The notes under the pieces are model-generated. The model saw only the letters and a list, made by a program, of their open reading frames with translations. It was not told the origin of the DNA and did not search any database. DNA of 64,000 nucleotides from Octopus sinensis (Eukaryota): the NCBI RefSeq assembly GCF_006345805.1, contig NC_043000.1, positions 96,968,001-97,032,000 on the forward strand, given 5' to 3'. A program made the position numbers and the translations under genes. Within the stretch, counting starts at the first letter, position 1, and every line of letters starts with the position of its first letter. Of this stretch, positions 40,895-54,918 are shown piece by piece.

Positions 40895-41044
40895 CAATAG
40901 CACAAAAAGTGATTGATTTTCTTACGGTTTTAACACAATAAACGGATTAACTGTTGTCAGCAGAACAAAAAGTACCATATATTTGTGCGCGTGTGTTTGT
41001 GTAGATGCACGAATGTATATATGTGTATATGTATAAGCACACAC

Positions 41045-41155
<111 letters not shown>

Positions 41156-42045
41156 ACATACATATATGTATGTATGTATGTGTGTATATTGCATATACTA
41201 TATATATATTGTATATATTATATATGTGTGTGTGTGTGGGGGGGTAGGTGCATGTATATGTTCAGGTATTTGTTTAACATACAAGTATGTGTGTATGTAT
41301 GAATGTATGTATGTATATATGTGGATATATGTGTATCTATATATGTATACATACAGAGATTATGTTCAGTATTTCCTTATGTATAGTATTCGTGTATAAA
41401 TACGAATGAACATGACAGTAAAATGAAAGCGATAAAAATTGATAAAATATGAGAAACAATAAATGAAGCCACTAATGAAAACACAGAAATAAATGTATAA
41501 AATTGGAGATGCTCAAGTCAAATATAGCTATAGATGTCAAAGTAAAGTTATAAAAGCCAATAGAAACTCACAACAGACTTAATAAATTAAAAACAAAGTG
41601 TTTTTATAACGGACTCTAAGCCTCCAAGAAGGTCACGTCTTTTGGTCCGTTTGTTGAATAGTTGTTCTCTCCTTTTTTTTTATTTAATTTGCTGCTTTGT
41701 AATTTTCCGTTGTGTTGTTGTTGTTGTTGCTAATGTTCTTGTTGGTGTTATTGTTGTTGTTTCGATGAGAGTATTATTTTATCTTTGATTTTGTTTTCGT
41801 TTCATTATGGATGGCATAGTTGTTTTTTGGTGTTCTCATGTTGCTGTTATTTTTATTTTTATATTTTTGTTGTTCTTTAACCATTATCGAGTAAACCAAT
41901 GCATGGTCAAATTTGTTCCTGCCTGAACTATATCCGCCAGCCAACCACTATTTTTTAAAAAGCGGACAGCAGCAAGAAACTATTTCCACCAATTTCGAAA
42001 GAGGTTTCTTTACGAGTACATGAAATTTCATTATTTAAGAGACAA

Positions 42046-42260
42046 GGCGGTGAGCTGGCAGAATCGTTAGCACGCCGGGCGAAATGCTTAGTGGTATTTC
42101 GTCTGCCGTTACGTCCTGAGTTCAAATTCCGCCGAGGTCGACTTTGCCTTTCATCCTTTCGGGGTCGATAAATTAAGTACCACTTAAGCACTGCGGTCGA
42201 TATAGTCGACTCAATTCTTTTTTCTGCCCTTGTTTGTCCTCTCTGTGTTTAGCCCCTTGC
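42046..42260 (+). mobile_element. SINE family A
   Basis: Near-consensus copy with CTCTGTGTTTAGCCCCTTG tail. Confidence 0.88.
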
Positions 42261-43149
42261 CGAAATCACGCGTAAACGGCTCTTTTCCTCGGAAAAGTAA
42301 AATTTAGGCTATTTCTTGAACGCCCTGCTACCGCATAACAGGTATTTCGGGTCCTTTATCGCAAATGGCTGTTACCTAGAAATAGCAGCCAGATCTTTGG
42401 AGGAGAGATACGTTGAATGCACTAGAAAAAAAACCTATGGAAAAAATTATTTCACAGTGAGATTACAAACAGGTCTTTTACGAAATATTTACCGTATTTT
42501 TAAAGTCATTTTCACTTTGATACATTTTTTAAATATGCTAAAAAAATTTTTGTAATGGTATTCACTTGAAAATACTTTTAAAAACATTAAAATATTGCCT
42601 GTTTAAAGAAAGCTGAAATATAAATACTGTATAAACAACTTACACTTTTGAAATCGCATTCACTTAAAAATATTTCTGAATGATCAAAATATTGTGTTTA
42701 ACAAAAGCGAAAATAGAAACATTTACTGTAAAAAGTAAATCGTATGTTTTCGTTGTCAAGTTACTGTATCTAATTGAAAGGTTAGAGTTTCTTCCATTTA
42801 AGGATGAAGCTATATTCGGAATATTTTCCCATTATCCACTGTTTTGGGTATTTATACCCCTAAATCCCGAATATCTCAATAACTTCTGGTCTGATTTACG
42901 CAAAACTTGTTTTAATCCGTTCGTATTAACATTTCAGGAGCTACTGAATTCATAGTATTTTCCCATTATGAGCCAGTTTGGCTGTGTAGCATTGCAAGTA
43001 AGCAATACCAACCAAGGAGATGTAAACCGCAATGATAAACACCAATTACGATCAATTTGTAGTAGTGGAAATAATTATGATACAGTTAACACGGTAACGA
43101 CACCGGTAAATGGAGTCGGGACTGCCTTATATACAAATAAATACGATAA

Positions 43150-43560
43150 ATGCTCATGCAGAGAAAAATCAAAATGTCCTTTGATGAATCTCTGTATAAG
43201 TACAAATCTTATATATAAATGTACCGTGCACACAAGGGGAGGGCCGTATGTTTACATTGGGCAGACGGCTGATTCATTTAAGAATCGTTATCGTAACCAT
43301 GTTGCCAGTTTTAAGATAATCGTAAGAGACATTAAACATCTTTGGCAGATATTGTATAGCGACTGAAGGAGGATAAAATGACGTGCAACATTAACTGGTC
43401 CATAGTAAAGTACGCGAAATCATACAATATAATTTGCAGGAGAGGCAGTCTCTGCTCCGATGAATCTCTGTCTATTCTGTAGACTAACGAGATCATCAAT
43501 AGAATATCTGAACAACTCTCGAGATGCCTACACGCTTATAAATGTACTTTCGTACAATGC
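43150..43560 (+). mobile_element. Penelope-like element, GIY-YIG endonuclease remnant
   Basis: CSCREKSKCPLMNLCISTNLIYKCTV...YIGQTADSFKNRYRNHVASF, then after a frameshift INWSIVKYAKSY...LC..E...INRISEQLSRCLH. Confidence 0.85.
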
Positions 43561-43969
43561 AGTGGAAATGAATTTTGAGTAACCGTTAACAATTTAATTT
43601 ACATTAATGTATAACTTAAGTTTACTATTAACCTCCCCATTCTTACAAACACCAAGTAGATAGCTAACTCGCTTTGTGATCATGAGTACACCAAACCTCA
43701 CGTCTGAGTATGCTCACATTTTTGAGGATGCTTGTATGAGCGAGTGTACTCGCGCCATGCAGTTTGCCCGATGGCGTTTATACATCCGTATTTGTTAACG
43801 GTTATTTTTAATACTTTTCTCGCTGGATTGCGTGTTCGTTTCTCTTTTTCTCATCTGTGATTTTATTTTTGATCTTTTATATAAATAATTACATTTCCTC
43901 TGTCTGGCTGCTTCTCTTTCAACAAAATGGAAAGTTACATTGCGGAACAGTTATTTTAATGAGTTGTAT

Positions 43970-44087
43970 TTATTTATCACCTGACAAGATACATCTGCAC
44001 CGCCGGATGCTCTTGAACCAGTTGTTGAGTGTTCCACCCATGAGGAATCGATGTTAGATGTGTCGAAACAATTGTCGTGATAAATAA
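43970..44087 (+). ncRNA. Type I hammerhead ribozyme (G8A, probably inactive) downstream of the Penelope ORF
   Basis: Stem I UUAUUUAUCAC/GUGAUAAAUAA (11 bp), core CUGACAA, helix II GAUACAUCU/AGAUGUGUC (9 bp) with a ~59-nt insert, GAAA, CAAUUG, GUC triplet. Confidence 0.8.
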
Positions 44088-44331
44088 TAAATTCCCGTAT
44101 ATTCCATCTTTCGTCTTTCATTTGCCATATATATATATATATAGGTGGATAGTGCATCAAAGCAGTATCTGCCAACCAAAATCACAAATTTCACATATTA
44201 TCGGTCGGCCCGAGGTTATAGTAGAAGACACACGCTCAGCGTACCTCGTAGTGTAACAGAACTAGAAACCGTGTGGTTGGGAGGCGAACTTTTTAACTGC
44301 ACAACTATACCTGCGCCTTGGAATAAAGAGC

Positions 44332-44399
44332 CTTCTCGGTGGGGTATTGAATCCCTGTCTCCTGCGTGGCAGGCGGTGTTACAATTATACCACCGAGGA
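44332..44399 (-). pseudogene. tRNA-Asp-derived pseudogene (anticodon position now GCC)
   Basis: TCCTCGGTGGTATAATTGTAACACCGCCTGCCACGCAGGAGACAGGGATTCAATACCCCACCGAGAAG aligns to tRNA-Asp(GTC); D-arm deletion and T-arm mismatches. Confidence 0.7.
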
Positions 44400-46026
44400 T
44401 AACAATTATATGTTATATTATATATAACATAAAACTCTACACAGCCAGCAGTATATAAATGATAACTTGAATAATATTATCATGGGAACTGTCTTTCTCA
44501 CAAGACATTCATATAAATATAATGTAGGAAAAAATTCTACAACCCTAGATCAGGACACCCCAAATATCAAGATATTCTTAAATACAGTAGGACTCTCTAA
44601 GCCTTTGTAGAGACTTCACAATAGACATGAAATTATCCATCTAGTACATAGAAATCCAAGCGCTGAAATAACACCTTAATACTTGAAACAAAAAATGGAC
44701 ACACTAAATAACGTAGTCCTGAAATTATAATCAGACGGACGGTATTTGGCTGGAAAATCTTTGATCGAAGGTCTACGTGATTAAGTCTGATCTGTTGGGT
44801 TAAATAACAAGAATTCATCAGTTGTGATTTTTTTTACCTCTCCCACTTTACCACACGCACATAAGTTTACCCCATACGACGATGTGTTTCGTTTGCTGAT
44901 TCCATCTCCTCAGCGGTTCAAAACGTTGAGTACATACAGCTATCAATTTAATATATCTTTGAATTGTTTCATATATATATACTGGCATTGTCACGCGCTG
45001 AGCAACTCATCTGGACAACAACTACAGAGCACTCTCAGTGCGTATAAAATTCTCTTACACATACACACACATGCAGACACACACATACAGCGAAATCTCT
45101 CGTTTATTTTGAAAGACAAGCGGCCAGTTGTTTGATGAAGGGGACGACCTCCTTATTGAATTAACATACGGAAGTGGTTGAGTATTCCTCAAATATTTGT
45201 ACTCATAATATAATTCCAAAGTAGAGTCAGTGTGATAGTGAGGCAAGACTGAAGTTTTGAAGTAAAGTATATTTCATCGTGTCCTGAATGTTACATTAAA
45301 CTGCATCTGGTAGTGAGACTCCAGTTCGAGAGTTCTGAAATTGTAGGGAGCGTGCAGTCATCCCATAATTACCATTATTCCCAGATCCGTTCTGACCCGG
45401 AACGGTAGTACCTGTCAGGGTATTGGTAAATAATTTTTTGTAATAGAAGATTGAGTTCCTTCGCTGCGCTGGGAGCATTCAATCCAGGAGAAAGAAAACT
45501 CAAAAATTAATACCCTTTTAATACAATCTAGAAGGGAAACTTCAAATTTAGTACCCTTTTAATACAAGCTAGGAGAAGGAAACCTCCATATCTAATGACC
45601 CTCTTGCAAAATTCCCCCAAGCCAACAGAGAAGAGTAAGGCTGATGAAACTAACATGAGGTATGCCCAACAACAAAAATTTATACCATGGAGGTAAATAT
45701 GTCATGCTAGTGAGCATTCTACTGCTACGCAAATTCACATAAGGCTTGGGTGAATCCGAAATGATGGTAAGACCTTTGACCAAGATGCCTAGCCGTAGGA
45801 TCGAAACCAAATCTCTTGGTTTTTAATCATTCAGTCAGGCATACACACACATTCATAAGTATAAGTATGTACATATATATGGATGTGCGTATGTATATGC
45901 ATGTATGTGTGTATATGTATATATATATAATAATACATACACAGAATCAAACATATTTGTGTGTGTGTATGTATGAAACCATACGTACTTCGTAATTTTA
46001 TTTCATCTTTGTATTTTGTTTTAAAC

Positions 46027-46062
46027 AATAGACGTCTCAACGTATGTGTCTTCGTCAGATGA
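46027..46062 (-). ncRNA. Minimal hammerhead relic
   Basis: Minus strand CUGACGA-AGACACAUACGUU-GAGA-CGUC; GAAA altered and stem I not pairing. Confidence 0.35.
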
Positions 46063-46403
46063 TTTGAAATTTTTGCATTTCTATTGCTCCCATGTCAAGC
46101 AAAGACATTAATTTTATTTAATTTTTATTTTCTACAGCAATTAATAATATTGACATAAAGAACTAGAGGTTTTCGTCTGTGCTTTGTTTGCTTGTTTGTT
46201 TGTGTTCCTTTGTTCATACCAACCACCACACCAAACTTTGGCAACACAAATGTTTCTAAATAACACCTATTATTAAATAATGGTATAATATAATAATTGC
46301 TGCTAGAAACAACTGTCTACTCTGATTTGATAATCGTTATTATTATGGCAATGTAAGACTTTAGAAACAATTAATGGTGATGGATGTGAGGTTGTTTAAT
46401 AAT

Positions 46404-47075
46404 GGTTTCAACTTTTGGCACAAGGCCAGCAATTTCGTTGAAGGGGATTATATCGACCCCGTTGCTCAACTGGTACTTTTTTCATTGACACCGAAAGGAT
46501 AAAAGACGGTCGACCTCGGCAGAATTTGATCTCAGAACATAAAACAGACGAAATGCTGCTAAAAATTTTTGCTTGGCACACTAACGATTCTGCCAACTCG
46601 CCGCCTTACGTGGTTGTTTCATAATATCAGTTTCAAATTTTGGTGCAAGGCCAGCAATTTTGGAGGTGGTACTAAGTCAATTACATCGACTCCAGTGCAC
46701 AACGGTTACTTATTTTATCGACCCCGAAAGTATGAATGCCAAAGTCGACCTGGGTAGAATTTGAACTCAGAAAGTAATACAGACGAAATGCTGCAAAATA
46801 CTTTGTCCGGTATGCAACCGATTCTGTCAGCTCGCCGCCTTGCAAGATTATTTGATAATCCTTATTGCTGTAGGCACAAGACTTGACATTTTGGGTAAAG
46901 GAGATACTTGAGTACGTCGACCCGAGTGTTTCACTGGTACTTATTTTATCGAACCCCGAGAGTATAACAGCAAAGTCGACCTAGGTGGATTTTTTACTCA
47001 GAAAGTAAAACAAAGAGAATGCCATGCCGGTAAGGATTTTGTCTGGTGTACTAACGATTCTACCAGCCCGCCGTT
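46404..47075 (-). mobile_element. Three head-to-tail family A SINEs
   Basis: Copies at about 46404-46605, 46630-46839 and 46867-47073. Confidence 0.85.
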
Positions 47076-47580
47076 TTACGAGGTTGTTTAATAAAATCAC
47101 TAAATCTTCGAATAAAATGTCCTTTAGTATTTTGCCGGTTCTTTACATCCTAGGTTCGTATCACACCGAGGTCACCTTTGCTTTCATTATTTTGGGGTCG
47201 ATTAAATAAACTATAAATGCTGAGGGTAGACTGAATTGCCTAACATTACCTCACAACGCTTTGTCTCGCGTTTATGTTACAATTTATTATCATGATGGAA
47301 ATATGATTCCAAGAACAGAGTTTGTATACAGTGTTATTGAATCGAGAGTTTTATTTAAAGTCACTTGGAATGATCAATTTTAAACACTACTGGAATTTAC
47401 AATGACCAATTTTAAATAGTATTGGAATTTACTCACAAGGTATTGGAATTTTAAATGTATACCACTCTGCCTAACTAATGGATCTACAAATGCAATATTC
47501 CTGCATATTTCACATCTATTTTCATTCCTCCATTTCGTATCTTATCTAAATTAACTATTGCTTAACCATCCTCTCACACT

Positions 47581-47628
47581 GTCTCCGATAAAGGGATATA
47601 ATAAATATCATGGAAACAGCTGTAAGAC
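47581..47628 (+). ncRNA. Hammerhead relic in a Penelope-type terminal repeat (~47400-47700)
   Basis: GUCU-CCGAUAA-AGGGAUA.loop.UAUCAUG-GAAA-CAGCUG-UA-AGAC; two core substitutions (U4C, G8A). Confidence 0.55.
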
Positions 47629-47700
47629 CTTCTATTTATAAATGTTCTAAAATCTTCACAGCCTTGGTTTGTTATCTCATTCTGAAAAATTTCTTATATA

Positions 47701-47746
<46 letters not shown>

Positions 47747-47857
47747 ATATATATAAATATATACATATTTATTCATATATATATATATACATACATATAT
47801 ATATATACATACATATATATATATAAATATATACATATTTATTCATATATATATATG

Positions 47858-47899
<42 letters not shown>

Positions 47900-47949
47900 C
47901 ATAAATATGTATATATATATATATATATATATACACATACATATATATG

Positions 47950-47998
<49 letters not shown>

Positions 47999-48258
47999 AC
48001 ATATATATATACATACATACATACATACATACATACATACACACACACACCACACACACACCACACACACATATATATATATATATATATAAAATCAAAA
48101 TAAGTAACAAGAATATCTTCGGTAATTTGGTATGATCGTTTCACGCTACATCATTTTATTAAACATTGTAAGTATTACAACAGGTTTAAAATGTCGAGCA
48201 ATACTGGTGCATCTGACTTAAGTACCATATTCATTTGAATCTAAATTTTGCTGAACTT

Positions 48259-48340
<82 letters not shown>

Positions 48341-49580
48341 AGGTGGCCCATTCAGGCAACTATTCATCATATATGTATGCATTAAATTGCACAGGAATTT
48401 TGGGCCACTTTGTATGTGTGTGTGCATGTTACTCTCACCGCCGCTTGACAACTGCCGTTGCTTTGTCCCATAACGTAGCGGATCGGCGAAAAACCCGGAT
48501 GGAGTAAGTGTCAGACTTTAAAATTAAGTACTGAGGTCTATTTATTCAAGTAAAACATTCACGACAAAATCCCAGGCATGGCCGCAGTCCAATAACTGAA
48601 ATAGATAAATGAAAGAAAGAAGTACCGCCAGCAGAAATGCTTAAACCGGACTCGTTTCAAGCTTATAGAAAAATTCCCCATCCAACCCGTGAGGCCTAAT
48701 TTATGCTTCAATCCAACCTGATAAGCCAAATGAGTTTGATACTACGGATGCAGATGCTCCTATACTGGCTTGTGTATCAGATATATGTTTCCTTGGCGAT
48801 TCCTTTTCTTATGGTTGTTGTTGTTCAACTTCAGATTGGCTCTTATTAACCAGTTCCAAACTTTCAAGCCTATCATTCATTTTCAGGCATAGCATATCTT
48901 AGATGACATTATCTAATGTGCTCCTCTTTCTAGAATAGGGATGTTGCAGTTTGAAGCAGATTTGGCTGTTGTCATGCATCTTATCAACTCAGGTTTGTTT
49001 AAAGCGGCCGTGATAACGATGATGGTGCTGGAAGAGGTGGCGGCTATGGTAAAGATGGAAGAGCTGCTGGCGTTGATGGTCTTGTTCTTGCTGTCGCAGT
49101 TGTTGATGATGGTGAGGGCTGATAATATTGGCTGCAGTGGTGCCGGCATGGTACACAGGGATAACGATGCTGGCAGAGGTTGCTATAAACTACGATGGAG
49201 GCTTGAGAGAGTGTGCGCGAGAGAGAGAATGTGAAAGAGATAGAAGGAATGAAAAGAGAGAGAAAGAGAGAGAGGGGAGGCAGAGAGAGAGAGAGCAGTG
49301 CAAATTCTAGCTGGTGTCAGTAAGTAATTGCAATAGTATAACATACTTGGCATGAAATAAATAGATATTTATCAGACTGACGTGGCAGAAATTGCTAAGA
49401 TAATAAATAGTTTATAACACGAAATAATAGCATTGGGTTTATATGGGAATTTAGGAAGCTTTCTTCAATTATGAAACTTTAATATACACACACTTGTCCA
49501 TTATATATACACATATATATACACATGAATATATATACATACATGCATAAATACGCATACATACATGCATATATATACAT

Positions 49581-49634
<54 letters not shown>

Positions 49635-49837
49635 TACATATACACACACATATATATATATATATATATAATATATATATATATATATAATATACATAAT
49701 ACAAACAGAATTACACTCATACCTGAAACTCGTACAGTATATAGCACGTACGGGGGCACATACCATTATATTTGAATAGCCTAGATGCCTATACGTACAT
49801 AGACACAACCGCATATATACATATGTACGGACAGGCA

Positions 49838-49916
<79 letters not shown>

Positions 49917-50277
49917 ACGCGTATATATATATACGAATACGAATGCATGCATACACACACACAGTTAGTTTCACTATGTAAATATAGCCAGTGGTTGAAC
50001 CGAAAATTTCTTTGCAGAGCGAATAGAAAAAAAGCTGAACCAGTTTCGCGTAGCTATTGACGGCTCACCAGGATTATCTACTCCGCCCGTTTAGCTCGGT
50101 TAAATGTAGCTTTATAAACGTATGCATATAAACATATTTACGAGTAATCCATTCACACAGGTGTGCGAGGGCGTTCCCAGTACTTTATGTAATATACACA
50201 ATAGACGAATATACTAATCGATGCTATCAGGGCCATTTATTATTTTTGATGAAAATATATTTTTTTTGTAACATAAA

Positions 50278-50650
50278 CGTAGGCATGGCTGTGTGGTTAA
50301 GAATCTCGCTTCGCAACTACATGGTTTTAGGTTCAATCTTACAGCATGATATCTTGGACAAACATCTACTATAGTTCCGAGGAATGCTCTGTGAGTGAAT
50401 TTGGTGGATGTAAACTGTGTGTTTGTGTCTGTGTTTCTTACCCCACTACACCCATACTGTTTGACAATCGATGTTGGCTTGATCGCATCCCCGTAACCTA
50501 GGGATTTTGGCAAAAGAAACTGAGAGAATAAGTATCAAACTTCTGAAAAAAAATAAGCACTGTGGTCGATTTATTCGACTAAACTCTTCAAGTTTGTACT
50601 TCAGAATGGCAGCTGTTCAATGACTGAAACAAGTAAAAGATAGAAGAAAA
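50278..50650 (+). mobile_element. SINE family B, diverged
   Basis: GGCATGGCTGTGTGGTTAAG head and GACTGAAACAAGTAAAAGA tail. Confidence 0.75.
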
Positions 50651-50805
50651 ATTTAGTCTTCATGTTGTATTTATTATTTAATTTCTTTATTTTAATTGGT
50701 GAGGGGTTTACAAATATAGAATTTAGTGCTGGCACTGTAAGTTATAGAAGTTTGTATACGAATACCTCTATGTAAACAATGCCATCAAAGACAGAAAAAA
50801 ATGTA

Positions 50806-50853
50806 ATGACTGTACATGCATATTTCAAGAGTTATTGATCTTTCATCAGGACC
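50806..50853 (-). ncRNA. Hammerhead core with non-pairing stem I
   Basis: Minus strand CUGAUGA-AAGA-UCAAUAAC-UCUU-GAAA-UAUGCAUG-UA; core, helix II and helix III are plausible, but the flanks do not pair. Confidence 0.45.
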
Positions 50854-50958
50854 ACATCCAGCCCATCTACTACCCACGAACGCATTGCTTAAATGCCTAC
50901 TAATTTTAGCGGTGTAACATTATTCAATAAAGCAATTTACATATTAAACACATTACTT

Positions 50959-51188
50959 ATTTCTTTAGTGCCCACAAGGGGCTACACACAGAGGGGACAA
51001 ACAAGGACAGACAAACGGATTAAGTCGATTACGTCGACCCTAGTGCGTAACTGGTACTTATTTAATCAACCCCGAAAGGATGAAATGCAAAGTCGACCTC
51101 GACGGAATTTGAACTCAGAACGTAACGGCAGACGAAATACTGCAAAGCATTTCACCCGGCGTGCTAACGTTTCTGCCAACTCGCCGCC
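50959..51188 (-). mobile_element. SINE family A
   Basis: Near-consensus copy. Confidence 0.88.
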
Positions 51189-52084
51189 TTAATATTAAGC
51201 ACATTACTGACAGATGGTACGTAAATATTAATTACCATAAAAGACACAGTATTTCATTTTTGCAACCATAATATACTACCAAGTACATTAAAAGTTTGCA
51301 AGTCAATATTGTGTCTTACTTTTCGTGTTACCAATGCGATATTCTCATTTTTAAGTGATAAACTCCAGATTTTCTATAGAATTCAGAGCTATTGTAAGAA
51401 AGATTTAAGTCGTGTGACATTACAGGAGGATAGCAGCTCTTCGAAAGATATTTTGTGTTGCACTTACTGATTTACTCATTCATATATTATCAGCTGTATA
51501 CTAGAGTAAATAATCGGATAATTTATAGAATAGCAATGATAGTGGATGGTTTGATTTATTGTTCAGTATGTTATTTATATGTGTGTGGGATGTACAAAAA
51601 TACAAGTATTGATCCCATGGTTAAGTGTCGCTTTATATTTTTAGTTTTTCTTCTTGCACATCTCATACAATTTATCAGATATCTTTTTTTAATCATTAGT
51701 GATGTCTGCATGTAGCTGCATATATTCTTACACAAAAACGAACATATACACGCGTACGTACTGTACAAACCACGAACACACTCAAGCACACAAATATACA
51801 TACGAACACCAGCATGCGCCGGCTACGCGCGAACACAATCACACAATCACCGTTACTGAATTAAAATCATTGACGCTGATTCCACCGAAGAATATAATTT
51901 TCTCACGTTTCCTCAGCCAGGAGAATTCTTAATTTGCTTGTATTTTTAGCTGTAGATGGCTCAGGTTTTTTTAATACAATTTCCGAGTCTTGTGTGTGTC
52001 TGCGTATGTGCGCGTGTGTGTGTGTGTGTGTATGTGTGTGTGTGTGTGTATGTGTGTGCGCGCGCGTGTGTGTGCATTTAGATG

Positions 52085-52157
<73 letters not shown>

Positions 52158-52425
52158 TAGATAGCTAAATAGATAGATATAGATATGTGTGTATGTGTGT
52201 TTGTGCGCACGCGCGTATGTGTTCATGTATATATACATATTTATAATATCTGTACTTATTAATATATATGGACATAAATATATATATATATATAATATTA
52301 TATATATATATTATATATATAATATGCATATATATGTATGTATGCATATATATATGTGTGTGTATATATATGTATATATAGAGATATATATATATACATA
52401 TATTACATATGCATATATAGATAGC

Positions 52426-52463
<38 letters not shown>

Positions 52464-52523
52464 TATATATAGACACACACATATACATATACACACGCAC
52501 ATATATATATATATATATATATA

Positions 52524-52554
<31 letters not shown>

Positions 52555-53034
52555 TATAAAATTTATATAGTCTTCGTAGTTCATTAGTAATAAGAAATTA
52601 AGAGCCTAACAAGCCTCCCACCACATACTTCAGCTCGATTTCGTATTTTCCATTACCAGTTCTATTGGATTTTTAGTCTCTGTTCATTTTCTTTGGAGGT
52701 TTTTTCTTTTGTTTCTCTTTTGTAAATGAGTTTGTAGGTGAGAGATGAAGGTAAACATTTTATTAGAAAAGCCAAATCAGTAAAAAGCTAAAGCATTGTC
52801 TTGGTAAATATTGAAATAATTGTTCGATTTTTAAGGTGTAAAGATAGTTTTCCATACACATACGATCACAACAAATTATGATGAAATATCCGATGCCAAT
52901 TAAAAACGATTTTAAAAAATAACTCAGTATTAACGAAAACAATTTATGAACAATATCTATAATAATGGTTTCTAATACACGGTACTCTATAGATTCTGAG
53001 AATCACTGTTCAAACATAATAACAATCATTTCTA

Positions 53035-53655
53035 CTGAAGGCACAAGGTCTGAAATTTGCGGGGAGGGATTAGTCGATTACATCGTCCCCAGTACGCAAC
53101 TGCTACTTAATTTCTCGACTCCGAAAGAATGAAAGGCAAAGTCGACCTCGCGGGAATTTGAACTCAGAACGTAAAGACCGACGAAATACCTATTTCTTTA
53201 CTACCCACAAGGGGCTAAACACAAAGAGGACAAACAAGGATAGACAAACGGATTAAGTCAATTATATCGACCCCAGTGCGTAACTGGTAATTATTTAATC
53301 GACCCCGAAAGGATAAAAGGCAAAGTCGACCTCGGCGGAATTTGAACTCAGAACGTAGCGGCAGACGAAATACCTCTAAGCATTTTGCCCGGCGTGCTAA
53401 CGATTTTGCCAGCTCATCGCCTTTGGCATATAACGACAATAGTCATAATCCTTTCTACTATAGACACAAGGCCTGGAATTTTGGAGGTGGATGTAGTCGA
53501 TTTCATTGAATTCAGTACTTGACTGGTACTTAATTTATCGACTACGAAAGGGTGAAAGGCAAAGTTGAGCTCGACAGAGTTCGAACTCAGAACGTAAAGC
53601 CGGATGAAGTGCTGCTAGGCAATTTCTCCGGCACACTGACGATACTGACAGATCG
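53035..53655 (-). mobile_element. Cluster of three family A SINEs
   Basis: Copies at about 53035-53190 (5'-truncated), 53191-53421 and 53460-53655. Confidence 0.85.
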
Positions 53656-53710
53656 TTGCTTTTATGCTGCTGCTGATGTTGTTGATGATGATAATAATAA
53701 TAATAAAATA

Positions 53711-53747
<37 letters not shown>

Positions 53748-54241
53748 GTAACGCATAAAATGGACCAGATTGGTACAGATCCATCAAATGTGGGGTTGCA
53801 AAACAGCGTGTAAGCAGTAAAAATCAGAAACAAAGAATTTTTAAAAATTCAAGCAAACAATAATTTCCCAAAGGGGACAGACTTCCGAGGGCAGCTCTTG
53901 GAAACTCCACGAAAACAATGTCAGCCAAACCACAATGGAAAATGCCCTCTTTGACTTGGACCAGCCTCGCTACTCGCGCGCGCGCGCGCGTGTTTGAGCG
54001 TACGCAACACAAAATGGTCCATAAACTAGCAACTTTAATCAAGTACTATGGACAATAAAAAAATACCAATATATGGCATACAATGGAGAACAAAACCACT
54101 ATAAAACAAGTCCCGAAACAAGTTCATCTTCCCGAGAATTAGAAATTCAATGAAGGACAATTTAAATTTAGAAGCACGAAACACAAGATACGTGTATACA
54201 TCCATCATATATATATAATATATATATATATAGATATATAT

Positions 54242-54272
<31 letters not shown>

Positions 54273-54883
54273 CAATGTATGAGGTGTGGTTGGTCCCCAC
54301 CATCGCTTAACGTACCCTTAACGTAGCAGTTCGGCAAAAGAGAACGATGGTGTAAGTACCAATCTTAGGGAGAAAAACAAATTACTGAAGTCGGTTCATT
54401 CTACTAAAAATTCTTCAAGGCAGTGCCTCCAGAATGGCCGCAGTCTAATGGCTGAACCAACTAAAAGATAAAATATAAACAAATAAACAAACAAAAAGAA
54501 CACAATCTGTTTCAATTGTCCACTTTACTGTCTCCAGTATTACGGACAAACATGAGAAACAAATAGTGACATTCAAAGTGTTTTTTATTCGTTTACTTTA
54601 AATCAATTCATCATTAAATGAGTTAATATGTCTGTGAATAATAAAAGAACATAATTAAGAGAATGATTGGAGAACATTCAGATTGGAAGACATTTATAGA
54701 AATTAGAAACTTCCATCAATAATATGAATTCTCTCAATAGTCAAGCAAATTAATTATGCTGAGTCAACAGTTGATTTTTTCCCCTTTCGGTGTCTGCACG
54801 TCAGTGCATAACGTGATCGACTGCTATATATGCATATATATTACATATTGTATCTTTTACTTGTTTCATATATAAATACGTAT

Positions 54884-54918
<35 letters not shown>

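Noticed and set aside
44332-44399. Functional tRNA-Gly(GCC)
   Set aside because: The body is tRNA-Asp-like with a D-arm deletion and a damaged T arm.
44873-44918. Minus-strand CUGAGGA...GAAAC..GUC hammerhead-like motif
   Set aside because: Core letters fit, but neither helix II nor stem I pairs convincingly.
48913-49234. Overlapping 78-aa and 97-aa ORFs
   Set aside because: Decayed trinucleotide (GAT/GGT/GCT) low-complexity sequence.
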